From NCBI GenBank assembly GCA_001000675.1, contig LCHW01000001.1, positions 488,875-552,874 on the forward strand: 64,000 bases of DNA, given 5' to 3'. The position numbers were made by a program, and so were the translations under genes. The notes beneath the pieces are model-generated. The model was not told the origin of the DNA and did not search any database. It saw only the letters and a list, made by a program, of their open reading frames with translations. Below are positions 20,101-28,146 of the stretch, in pieces. The stretch's first letter is position 1; the number at the start of each line of letters is the position of its first letter. Origin of the DNA: Candidatus Wolfebacteria bacterium GW2011_GWE2_44_13. Its GTDB lineage: Bacteria; Patescibacteriota; Minisyncoccia; UBA6257; UBA9933.

Positions 20101-21555
20101 TCACTCCATCTTCCCTAGGTCAAGCTCTTCGTCAATACGAATCTGTTTAATAAACTCTGGCATATGGCTTACGATAATCATCGCTCCTTCATACTTATCG
20201 AGCGCCTTTGCGATGATTGGCAAGTGACGGAAATTGATATGGTTGGTAGGCTCATCGAGGATCAAGAGCCCTGGCTTTTGCAACATAAAGCGAGCAAATG
20301 ACAATAGCCCTTTCTGTCCTTCGGATAGGCTTTCTACTTTTGAGCCAAGCAAGTCTGCAGTGATTAAGAATCGTGCTGCAGCTCCGCGCACATCTTGATC
20401 GGTTGCTTCTATCGCAACTTCCTTTAACACATCGTATACGGTTGCATCAAAATCGAGTGTTGAAAAATCTTGACGATAATATCCCACAATCGTTCCGCTT
20501 TCTATTTTAGCGCCCTTGGCTGTGCCGTTGTAGAGCGATTCCAAAAGTGTGCTCTTGCCGATACCGTTTGGACCGGCAATTAACAAGTGCATTTTCTTAC
20601 GCAAAATTAAATCGAATTTCTTTTCAATTTTCTTGTGATCTTTCACAATACCAACCGATTCGAAACGTACTGCTGGATGTGAAATATCCTGATTCTCAAG
20701 CGTGAAGCTTGGAATCGTTTTGTCGTCACGGCGAACATCCACTTTGTCCTCCTCAAGCTCTTCGATTTTTTCTCGCATTGTTGCGGCGATGTTGCGCAAC
20801 TTACCTCCCTTCTGTGCGAAAAAGTTTGCCTGCTCTTTGCGGTTAATAATATCCTTTTCAAGACGCGCATTCTTACTGCGCTCTCGTTCTAAGCGCAGTT
20901 TAATTTCTTCCATCACCTTATAATAGTCTCCGGTATACTGTTCAACTTTTCGGGTAAATATATCGAGATACAATACGCCATGTGTAAATGCATTTAAGAA
21001 TTCCGCATCATGCGAAATAACGATACAGGTTTTATCATATGCTTTAAGATAGTCGGTTAAATGCGCAATACCTGCTTTATCTAAATTGTTCGTAGGTTCA
21101 TCAAGTAATAAAATATCTGGCTCCTGAATAAGCGCTGAGGCAAGTAATAATCGGGCTTGCTGTCCTCCGGAGAATGTTTTCATCTGTCGCTCAAGCGGCG
21201 CTTTTACATTGACGATTTCCAATACCGCGGCTATCTTCGGATCAATGTCGTATACTTTCTTATCGAACATACTCTCGAAGAAATCCTTCACCGTAAGCTC
21301 TAGCTGTTCGCGCGTTAAGACTTGGCGTGCAATTGCAATAGTAGAACCTTTTTCGATAGCAATCGAACCATCGAGCGGCTTTAACTCGCCGAGCAATAAT
21401 TTAAATAGCGTGCTCTTACCTGCACCATTTTGTCCCATGATGGTTACCTTTGCGCCTTCTCGGATAGAAAAATCAGCCTCTTCTAAGAGGGGCTTTGTAT
21501 GCTTGTATCCAAAGGATACTTCGTTGAATCTGATTATTACGTTCCCGTTGCTCAT
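20101..21555 (-). CDS. ABC-F family ATPase (two tandem ABC cassettes, no TM domain)
   Basis: Two Walker A motifs (GQNGAGKST and GPNGIGKST) and two ABC signature regions separated by a charged linker. Confidence 0.85.
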   Translation of the reverse strand: MSNGNVIIRFNEVSFGYKHTKPLLEEADFSIREGAKVTIMGQNGAGKSTLFKLLLGELKPLDGSIAIEKGSTIAIARQVLTREQLELTVKDFFESMFDKKVYDIDPKIAAVLEIVNVKAPLERQMKTFSGGQQARLLLASALIQEPDILLLDEPTNNLDKAGIAHLTDYLKAYDKTCIVISHDAEFLNAFTHGVLYLDIFTRKVEQYTGDYYKVMEEIKLRLERERSKNARLEKDIINRKEQANFFAQKGGKLRNIAATMREKIEELEEDKVDVRRDDKTIPSFTLENQDISHPAVRFESVGIVKDHKKIEKKFDLILRKKMHLLIAGPNGIGKSTLLESLYNGTAKGAKIESGTIVGYYRQDFSTLDFDATVYDVLKEVAIEATDQDVRGAAARFLITADLLGSKVESLSEGQKGLLSFARFMLQKPGLLILDEPTNHINFRHLPIIAKALDKYEGAMIIVSHMPEFIKQIRIDEELDLGKME

Positions 21556-21818
21556 AGTTTTAAAACTTTTAGGTTTGACGAATTACTATGTTGCCTTCCT
21601 CGATCGCTTCCTCGAAGTAGCTTATCTACATCTCAGTCGCAATCTCGTCGGCGCCTTGTACTTCATTCAAACCAACAAGTTTTCAATCTTTTCAGAACTA
21701 AAAACGGCCTCTTTGCCGTATTTGTGGATATATACTAGCATACTTTATTTTATTTGACAATATCTAACTTGTATAGCAGAATATAGACAGCTGTTTCATT
21801 TTTTTCAGGAGGCATCAC

Positions 21819-22178
21819 ATGAAGATTGCAATTGTCCGTGGTATACCGAAAACCGTTCTGCCCTCGGCCATCCTCGAAGAAGTCCGGAAACGGGAACAGG
21901 ACGATGATCGCAGGGCCGTTATTCTGCTCCCATCCATCTTGCATACCAATCCGCTGTTAGCAACATATCGCGTCGCTCTGCGCTATTTGGCAAACGACGT
22001 GAGCTCGCTTACACTCGATGCACTGCAGCGAGCGGTACAGAAAGCGCACGCACATCTGCATCCGTCTGTACGGATACCTTTTGTCATTGCAACATATCCT
22101 GGAAACGTTCGGGGTCATTTGCTCGACAAGGACGGCGTGGTGTTCTCCCTTTCCCAAGGGCTTCTCGTCCAGAGTTAA
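21819..22178 (+). CDS. hypothetical protein (GC-rich ORFan)
   Basis: An AGGAGG Shine-Dalgarno sits 8 nt before the ATG. Local GC is about 53%, against about 40% for the flanks, and the gene has its own terminator. Confidence 0.55.
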   Translation: MKIAIVRGIPKTVLPSAILEEVRKREQDDDRRAVILLPSILHTNPLLATYRVALRYLANDVSSLTLDALQRAVQKAHAHLHPSVRIPFVIATYPGNVRGHLLDKDGVVFSLSQGLLVQS

Positions 22179-22195
22179 CCCAAGGGATTCCCCAA

Positions 22196-22225
22196 ACTGC
22201 CGGCGCACCAGCGCCGGCTTTTTTA
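22196..22225 (+). terminator. rho-independent terminator
   Basis: GCCGGCGcaccaGCGCCGGC hairpin followed by tttttt. Confidence 0.6.
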
Positions 22226-22245
22226 TTACTCTATTTATCAATTTA

Positions 22246-22272
22246 AAAAACAGCCCCTAAGGAGGGGCTGCT
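22246..22272 (-). terminator. rho-independent terminator for the convergent minus-strand gene
   Basis: CAGCCCCtccttaGGGGCTG hairpin followed by tttttt when read on the minus strand. Confidence 0.55.
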
Positions 22273-22296
22273 ACTATGATGCGCGAACATGCTGGC

Positions 22297-22608
22297 CTAC
22301 TGTTGCGCTGCTCGTTGTTGCTGGCGATCGATTGCGGCGGCGGTTTCTTCGCCCGTGCGACGGGCATGCGCCACCATAATGTCATTACGCAGGCTCCAGG
22401 TGGCCGGCGCTGCCGCTGCCATCCAGAAGACGATGCCGAGACCGAGAAGGGGCATCGTAAGAGTGGCGATAAGATAGAGAATCGCCGTGGCAATGAATGC
22501 CCCCCATTTGCCCTTCAAGCCGTAATAGATCGGTGTAAGGAAAATTGCCAGCACATACTGCCCGAACCCCGGGATCTCCGTTTTTTGACTTACTTCCTGA
22601 ATCGACAT
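22297..22608 (-). CDS. small two-TM membrane protein (GC-rich)
   Basis: An AAGGAG Shine-Dalgarno precedes the ATG (MSIQEV...). Two hydrophobic helices are present and a terminator lies downstream. The overlapping plus-strand ORF 22276..22695 was rejected. Confidence 0.5.
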   Translation of the reverse strand: MSIQEVSQKTEIPGFGQYVLAIFLTPIYYGLKGKWGAFIATAILYLIATLTMPLLGLGIVFWMAAAAPATWSLRNDIMVAHARRTGEETAAAIDRQQQRAAQQ

Positions 22609-22720
22609 CGGCTCTACTCCTTTGCAATGGGTTTGGTGTATCTTTTCTATCCTCGCCTCTTGAGTACTAGGTACAGTATTACAATAATACTGTAATCGTG
22701 TCAATGATTTTGTAATCAAC

Positions 22721-23182
22721 TTACATCTCCGCCCCTCCTGCCATTTCAAGGCGCTCAACGTTTATTATTCCCTCTCCATTTATACTCCCCATAACCCAGA
22801 CTCGTTGCCCTTGCTCGAATGCTGCTGTGTTGCAGAACTCGGCACGCGCATCAATAACACAGCTACTGCTCGTGGTAAATACAAGCTCCTTTGTTAACGC
22901 GGGTGCTCCCGGCTTTTCATAAATCAACACCCATTCATCTTCTTCGACATCGCCTGAGGCAATATTTTTAATATTTCCTTTTTCATTAAATGCGTATACC
23001 TGTTCTACTTTCTTTTCAACAGTCAATGCAACTTTACCTTTTAATCCTTCAGCGATTTCCATTGCAGTGCGACTTTTTTGGTAGAACGATCCAATGTATG
23101 CGCCAAGCACAAAAATACCGATACCTACTATGACGGCTAAAAATTTTGAATACCATATCACCACATTCCACTGTATGTTCAT
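22721..23182 (-). CDS. membrane-anchored hypothetical protein
   Basis: N-terminal TM helix. Lies in the same orientation as the two upstream phage-like genes and overlaps their operon end. Confidence 0.5.
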   Translation of the reverse strand: MNIQWNVVIWYSKFLAVIVGIGIFVLGAYIGSFYQKSRTAMEIAEGLKGKVALTVEKKVEQVYAFNEKGNIKNIASGDVEEDEWVLIYEKPGAPALTKELVFTTSSSCVIDARAEFCNTAAFEQGQRVWVMGSINGEGIINVERLEMAGGAEM

Positions 23183-23187
23183 ATTTT

Positions 23188-23853
23188 TTAGTTATTGTAA
23201 TACCCTGCGATTGCTCGACGAATCGCATTGATGAATAAGCGATATAGGCCCTCGTCTTCTTGTAATGCATCGCGAAGTTTTCGGCTTATCTCAAGCTCAA
23301 CCCCTCCTCCCGACATACCCCGATTGCATATATTTTCAAAGCTCTCTGGATGCATTCGCTCGTCAAACGGTTTTATCGTAATATCTACTGCCCTTAGCTG
23401 CTCTTGTATTTGCTGGACGAGTTTTTCACAAAGCCCACCAACCATAACAAATTCATCTTCTGTATCGTGCTTTCCATGAATTGCAATTACAATTTCTGCG
23501 ACACGTACCATATCCAGCGCTTGCGGTTCATTAAAATAAGCGCTGGTTATGTGGAGCTGTGCATTATCTTTTTCCCTTATCCCTTCAAAAAGATACACGT
23601 CATACTCTTCTCCTGCAATTGATTCAGCAATATTTGAAGTAAACGGCTCAATGCGCCCGCCGTGAATTCCTGCGATAAGATACGGGCTATTTCTTTTTTT
23701 TGTTACAATTCGATAGTCCTGCCCTTCTTGCATATGTGCCGCGAGATCTTCAAAGGCTCTGTATGTGTCGATCATATCTTCAGTATATCCTCTTCTCTTT
23801 AAAAAATAAAAAGGGGCGGTATGTACCGCCCCACTGTCGTTAAATGCACTCAT
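23188..23853 (-). CDS. poly-gamma-glutamate hydrolase (PghP)-like zinc peptidase family protein
   Basis: The YLIAGIHGGRIEPFT segment resembles the HGGxIEPGT metal-binding motif of the phage-associated PghP/DUF867 family. Confidence 0.5.
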   Translation of the reverse strand: MSAFNDSGAVHTAPFYFLKRRGYTEDMIDTYRAFEDLAAHMQEGQDYRIVTKKRNSPYLIAGIHGGRIEPFTSNIAESIAGEEYDVYLFEGIREKDNAQLHITSAYFNEPQALDMVRVAEIVIAIHGKHDTEDEFVMVGGLCEKLVQQIQEQLRAVDITIKPFDERMHPESFENICNRGMSGGGVELEISRKLRDALQEDEGLYRLFINAIRRAIAGYYNN

Positions 23854-24601
23854 GCGCTAACCCGAGCGCACAAGCTTGTGCGCCGTCGATTCGCTCGCTT
23901 TGACGCATTAACGCATTAACGTCTTTTACCGCTAGGCCACTCCGGCGCGCGATGATGCCTGCGTAAATGTACCCCCTGCGTTCCGCGTCGTCTGTCATCC
24001 CCTTTAAGAGTTTAATTACCGCGGGGCTCTTTTCGCAACAATGCACTCCTTTAATAATTTGTCGGGATATCGCCGCGAGCTCTCGCGTATACGGATTCCA
24101 TAGGCGCTTTCTTCGCCTACTTGTTCCTAACAGACCTCTCATAAGAATACGCACATTCACATCTGCGCATAAACAATGCTCTTGTTTACTGATTGCCGCT
24201 AAAGAATCCTTAATCGCTTGCGCCGGCACGTTCTGCCCTTTGGGCCCCATCGACACAACTCCCTCATGGAATTTCAACTCTGCGCTTTGCGACATACAGC
24301 GATGATCTCCTGCCATAAACAGCACAATCCCCGCCGATGAAACTTCTCCGACAGCGCATGTCCATAATGGCACTGCTTTTCCGTCTTGGCGCGCGTTTGC
24401 CCGCATCATTTTCCAGATACGCGCATAGAGCTGAAATGCAATCCATCCATCTCCACCTCCCGAGCAAATTGATACTATGATTTTATCTACTCCTTCGTTC
24501 AGCGCCTTGCATATTGCATCCAATAAACACATGGCCATCTTTTCGTTTACTTCGCCGAGGAACTCAATGTGATTCCCCGTTCTTCGGACTGTCCCGTTCA
24601 T
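23840..24601 (-). CDS. ClpP-family serine protease (phage prohead protease-like)
   Basis: SICSGGGDG, GEVSSAGIVLFMAG (Ser) and KFHEG (His) line up with the ClpP/S14 fold motifs. Confidence 0.6.
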   Translation of the reverse strand: MNGTVRRTGNHIEFLGEVNEKMAMCLLDAICKALNEGVDKIIVSICSGGGDGWIAFQLYARIWKMMRANARQDGKAVPLWTCAVGEVSSAGIVLFMAGDHRCMSQSAELKFHEGVVSMGPKGQNVPAQAIKDSLAAISKQEHCLCADVNVRILMRGLLGTSRRRKRLWNPYTRELAAISRQIIKGVHCCEKSPAVIKLLKGMTDDAERRGYIYAGIIARRSGLAVKDVNALMRQSERIDGAQACALGLAHECI

Positions 24602-24721
24602 AGGCGCCTCCTCCGGTTGGGGTTATTAAAAAGTTTCTGCCCCTAGCGTACCAAGCGTAACCCGCGCTGTCAAAGAAGCCATTCCATTTTACAATCTGCA
24701 CAAATATCCTATACTACCGAC

Positions 24722-25285
24722 ATGTCATCTACTGTCACAAAACCAAAACTTGTTCTCCATATCTGTTGCTCTATTTGTGGGGCATATCTTTCTGAGCTTC
24801 TTAAAGATCGCTTCGAGATTATCTACTATTACTACAACCCCAACATTCACCCCGAGGAGGAGTATGAGAAACGTAAAGCATCTGTGCAAAAACTTGCAGC
24901 CCTCTACAATTCTGAATTCATCGAGGGTGATTATGCGGTGCAGGAATGGTACAAAACGATTAGTGGATTTGAAGGCGAACCTGAAGGTGGCAAGCGTTGC
25001 CCGTTGTGCTTCCGTATGCGTCTCGCAAAAACTGCGCAGCTCGCCGTCGCAAAAGGTGCAACGCATTTTACAACCACCCTTGCAACGAGTCCTTATAAAA
25101 ACGAAGATGTTATCGGTGCTATTGGTACAGAAATTGCCAAGGAGCTCGGCCTCACCTTTCTTACTGTTGCTGACTTCGGGGAATCTAAAAAAGATATCTG
25201 GGCAAAAACACGTACACTTGCCAAGGAGCACAACTTCTATCATCAAAATTACTGCGGATGCACCTTTAGTATTTGGAAAAAATAA
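24722..25285 (+). CDS. queH: epoxyqueuosine reductase QueH (DUF208)
   Basis: LVLHICCSICGAY, YYYYNPNIHPEEEY, CPLCFRMRL and the C-terminal CGCTFS Cys cluster are typical of QueH. Confidence 0.85.
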   Translation: MSSTVTKPKLVLHICCSICGAYLSELLKDRFEIIYYYYNPNIHPEEEYEKRKASVQKLAALYNSEFIEGDYAVQEWYKTISGFEGEPEGGKRCPLCFRMRLAKTAQLAVAKGATHFTTTLATSPYKNEDVIGAIGTEIAKELGLTFLTVADFGESKKDIWAKTRTLAKEHNFYHQNYCGCTFSIWKK

Positions 25286-25286
25286 A

Positions 25287-25315
25287 ACCGGCGATTGCCG
25301 GTTTTATTTTTCCTT
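25287..25315. terminator. bidirectional rho-independent terminator
   Basis: aaaaCCGGCgattGCCGGtttt hairpin. Confidence 0.6.
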
Positions 25316-25945
25316 CTTAAATATGAGGTATGAGTAGAGCACAGTCCAAATCGTGCTTATTATAATAGGGATGAGTATTAACCCAATAACATATTGCGGA
25401 AATAGAAATCCAAGCAATATAATCAATCCGCATGCTTTAAATAATTTACTCCCTAATGCATGGGTTTTATCCCACACAACGTCACTGCTCATTGTCCATG
25501 GCGTACGAATACCCATAAACCAATTACGCTTCACTTCATGTAAAAGTATCCCTATCCCATAGAATAGTACGGCAAATGCCGGAACGAGTGCTGTTGTCAT
25601 CGAAAATACTACCCCCTTATTCCATACTAATATCGCTCCAAACAAATACGCCATAAATACCGCAAACAATAATGCAAATTCTTCAAACTGTTTTTTAAAG
25701 ATTGTACTATTACTTTTTAATGGATCCATTTTAGGCAGTACCGCAAAAAGCATTTGTATAGCAGTCATCACTAAAGGAACCAAAAACAATCCGAAGAGCT
25801 TTCCCGAATGTCCATCGGCCTCTCCCATCGCATTCCAATGCGTTGCCATGCGTTCTGGCATAGTCGCATACAATCCGATTGCGGCAATCCACACAGCCCC
25901 TGTAAGTATCCACGTAATTTTTTGCGTAGGTATCTGCTTATTCAT
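25304..25945 (-). CDS. SdpI/YhfL-family membrane protein (DUF1648 N-domain)
   Basis: Multi-TM protein carrying the GIRTPWT signature of the SdpI immunity-protein family. Start is placed at the first true ATG. Confidence 0.65.
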   Translation of the reverse strand: MNKQIPTQKITWILTGAVWIAAIGLYATMPERMATHWNAMGEADGHSGKLFGLFLVPLVMTAIQMLFAVLPKMDPLKSNSTIFKKQFEEFALLFAVFMAYLFGAILVWNKGVVFSMTTALVPAFAVLFYGIGILLHEVKRNWFMGIRTPWTMSSDVVWDKTHALGSKLFKACGLIILLGFLFPQYVIGLILIPIIISTIWTVLYSYLIFKKEK

Positions 25946-25998
25946 ATACCCTAAGGATACCACATATCCGTACGACTCTTACAAATCCGTTAAGCCCC

Positions 25999-26027
25999 TT
26001 GACATTCATTCGTTCCCATGCAATACT
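25999..26027 (+). promoter_or_regulatory. sigma70-type promoter (TTGACA-17-tgcAATACT, extended -10)
   Basis: Exact -35 TTGACA, a 17-bp spacer, and TGnAATACT. Confidence 0.5.
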
Positions 26028-26033
26028 ACTCCT

Positions 26034-26128
26034 ACGTAGCAGCAAACAGGCAATTTGCAAGTCGCAAGACGAGTGGAAGGTTTCTAGCTGCTACGTATTA
26101 AAAGAACCTCTTCGGAGGTTCTTTTAAT
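26034..26128 (+). ncRNA. candidate small RNA, copy 1 (about 95 nt)
   Basis: Lies between its own promoter and an intrinsic terminator (GAACCTCttcgGAGGTTC followed by TTTT). It contains a 5' stem ACGTAGCAGC...GCTGCTACGT enclosing a variable loop. No ORF and no downstream gene lie on this strand. Confidence 0.45.
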
Positions 26129-26214
26129 ACGTACTCCATTTACATCAATTCCCGTAGCGTTTATTCCCGCGGATACAAGGACCTTAATTTAGAAATGACA
26201 AACTAGTATAAACC

Positions 26215-26244
26215 CTTGACATTCATTTTATACTATGCAATACT
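26215..26244 (+). promoter_or_regulatory. sigma70-type promoter, duplicate
   Basis: Identical -35 and extended -10 as the copy-1 promoter. Confidence 0.5.
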
Positions 26245-26250
26245 ACTCCT

Positions 26251-26346
26251 ACGTAGCAGCAACTAGCAGTTCACGAGTCGCAAGACAAGCAGAAGGTTTC
26301 TAGCTGCTACGTATTAAAAACACCTCTTCGGAGGTGTTTTTAATAC
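26251..26346 (+). ncRNA. candidate small RNA, copy 2 (tandem duplicate with divergent central loop)
   Basis: Same promoter, closing stem and terminator as copy 1. The central roughly 35 nt differ. Confidence 0.45.
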
Positions 26347-26374
26347 GTACTCCATTTCTATATTCTTCATAACA

Positions 26375-26408
26375 AAAAACGGAACGCATTATGTGCGTTC
26401 CGTTTTTT
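26375..26408. terminator. bidirectional terminator downstream of the helicase gene
   Basis: aaaaaaCGGAACGCAttatgTGCGTTCCGtttttt hairpin. Confidence 0.6.
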
Positions 26409-26410
26409 CA

Positions 26411-27958
26411 TTACCGACTATCCGCTTTCGGACGTGACTTCTTACCGAACATACGTCCATGAGACGATGCTCCGCGATCACTCTTCTTTCCTGCTCCTCG
26501 TTGTACCGGCTTGCGTCGGTCTTCGCGATTTCCTGCTGGCGCTGGACGCTCATTTGAGAATCCTGCTGTCGCTGGTCGGCGTGACGGGAATGCATCATTG
26601 CGTGGGCTTGGTGTCCCTACTGACATCGAATTGCGTGCTGGAAATGCATCGGTGCGTGGGCCGCGATCGCTCGCGCCTCCCATTGTCATTGGTCGGCGTG
26701 GTGCGAATGAATCGCGTGATCCGCGATCACCGCCCCGTCCTTGCGGACGACGATCTCCTCCGCGTCCTCCCCCGCCAAAGCGGCCTCCACGAGATTCTTC
26801 CTCCTCTTCACGATATGCTGGCTCGCGATGTGGTGGTAATGTCGGTAATGGAGATGTTCCAATTTGTGAATTTACTAAACGCTCAATCGTTCGAACCTTG
26901 AATCGCTGATCAGGTGCAGCAAAAGAAATAGCTCTTCCCTTTGCGCCTGCTCGGCCAGTTCGTCCAATGCGGTGTACGTAATCCTCTGGACTATCCGGTA
27001 AATCATAGTTGATAACCAATTCGATTCCTGTTACGTCGATACCACGGGCAGCAATATCAGTTGCTACCAACATGCGGTACTTACCCATTTTAAATCCAAG
27101 CAATGCTTCTTTTCGCTGTGATAATGACTTATCAGAGTGAATTTCCGAAGCGCTGTGTCCCATTCGCTTTATTGCTCTGCAAATTTTCGTTGCACCATGT
27201 CGTGTTCGTGAGAATACGAGTACGGTTCCTTGATATTTTTCAAGTAATGCTTCAAGTAAACGATCTTTATCATCCTTGCGAACGATAAACATTTCTTGAA
27301 TCACGTTTGCTGCAGTTGTTCCTGGACGCGCCATTTCGATGCGTACTGGTAACTGCATGTGCTTTTCGGCAATGCGCACAATATCAGTAGGCATGGTTGC
27401 TGAAAACAGCAACGTCTGACGTACCTTTGGCAATGCTTCAATAATCTTGTTGATCTGCGGTGCAAATCCCATGTCGAGCATGCGATCTGCTTCGTCGAGT
27501 ACTAACATGTTCACCGCTTGCAAATGCAATGTGCGCTGATTCATGTGGTCAAGAAATCTTCCCGGAGTTGCAACGATAATGTGCGGGTTTCGGCGGAGTA
27601 ATTTCTTTTGTGCTTCAATAGATGCACCACCAATTAATACGGCAGTCATTAAGCCAAGCTCGTGTCCGATTGCCTGTATCTGTTCGTCAACCTGCAATGC
27701 AAGTTCACGAGTCGGCACTAAAATAACGCCTTGGTTATCGCCTGTCGCAAGTCGCTGGATCATCGGGATACCGAAGGCGAGCGTTTTACCTGTTCCGGTT
27801 TGCGCAATACCAATCATATCCTTACCGCTAATGGCAATAGGAATACCCTCCTTTTGAATAGGAGTTGGTGTGGTGAATTTTTTCTTGTCGAGAATTTCAA
27901 GCAGCTTGGGCGCGATGCCTAAGCCGTAAAAACCCTCCGTTGGTTTTTTTGTTGTCAT
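26411..27958 (-). CDS. DEAD-box ATP-dependent RNA helicase with C-terminal RG/RGG-rich tail
   Basis: Q-motif, AQTGTGKT, DEAD, SAT and HRIGRTGR motifs. The GC-rich 3' end encodes Arg/Gly repeats. Confidence 0.9.
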   Translation of the reverse strand: MTTKKPTEGFYGLGIAPKLLEILDKKKFTTPTPIQKEGIPIAISGKDMIGIAQTGTGKTLAFGIPMIQRLATGDNQGVILVPTRELALQVDEQIQAIGHELGLMTAVLIGGASIEAQKKLLRRNPHIIVATPGRFLDHMNQRTLHLQAVNMLVLDEADRMLDMGFAPQINKIIEALPKVRQTLLFSATMPTDIVRIAEKHMQLPVRIEMARPGTTAANVIQEMFIVRKDDKDRLLEALLEKYQGTVLVFSRTRHGATKICRAIKRMGHSASEIHSDKSLSQRKEALLGFKMGKYRMLVATDIAARGIDVTGIELVINYDLPDSPEDYVHRIGRTGRAGAKGRAISFAAPDQRFKVRTIERLVNSQIGTSPLPTLPPHREPAYREEEEESRGGRFGGGGRGGDRRPQGRGGDRGSRDSFAPRRPMTMGGASDRGPRTDAFPARNSMSVGTPSPRNDAFPSRRPATAGFSNERPAPAGNREDRRKPVQRGAGKKSDRGASSHGRMFGKKSRPKADSR

Positions 27959-28146
27959 ACTATTTGATTATGTGATTCCTTGTATCAACTCGAATCACAT
28001 AGCAATAACATGACAAGAAGTTCGTTCGCCTACATATCCGCACAGCGGATGGCGATAAGGAATCTATTGGCGTCTTTCGAGACCAATATGATTTAATTTG
28101 AACTGACGTTTCAATATACAATAGATACCTTTTCGTGTCAACCCTA

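Noticed and set aside
22276-22695. Plus-strand 139-aa ORF preceded by an AAGGAGG-like sequence
   Set aside because: The apparent Shine-Dalgarno is the loop of a hairpin that functions as the terminator of the minus-strand gene 22297..22608. That gene has its own Shine-Dalgarno and TM helices and sits convergent to 21819..22178 with two back-to-back terminators.
26021-26100. Short ORF (MQYYSYVAAN..., 22-27 aa) inside the tandem sRNA units
   Set aside because: The ATG lies inside the predicted -10 (tgcAATACT) and so would not be in the transcript. The two copies diverge exactly where a peptide would need conservation.
26420-26900. GC-rich block with many overlapping ORFs on both strands at the 3' end of the helicase gene
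   Set aside because: It encodes the RG/RGG-rich C-terminal tail of the DEAD-box helicase. Its codon composition, not foreign DNA, explains the GC rise.
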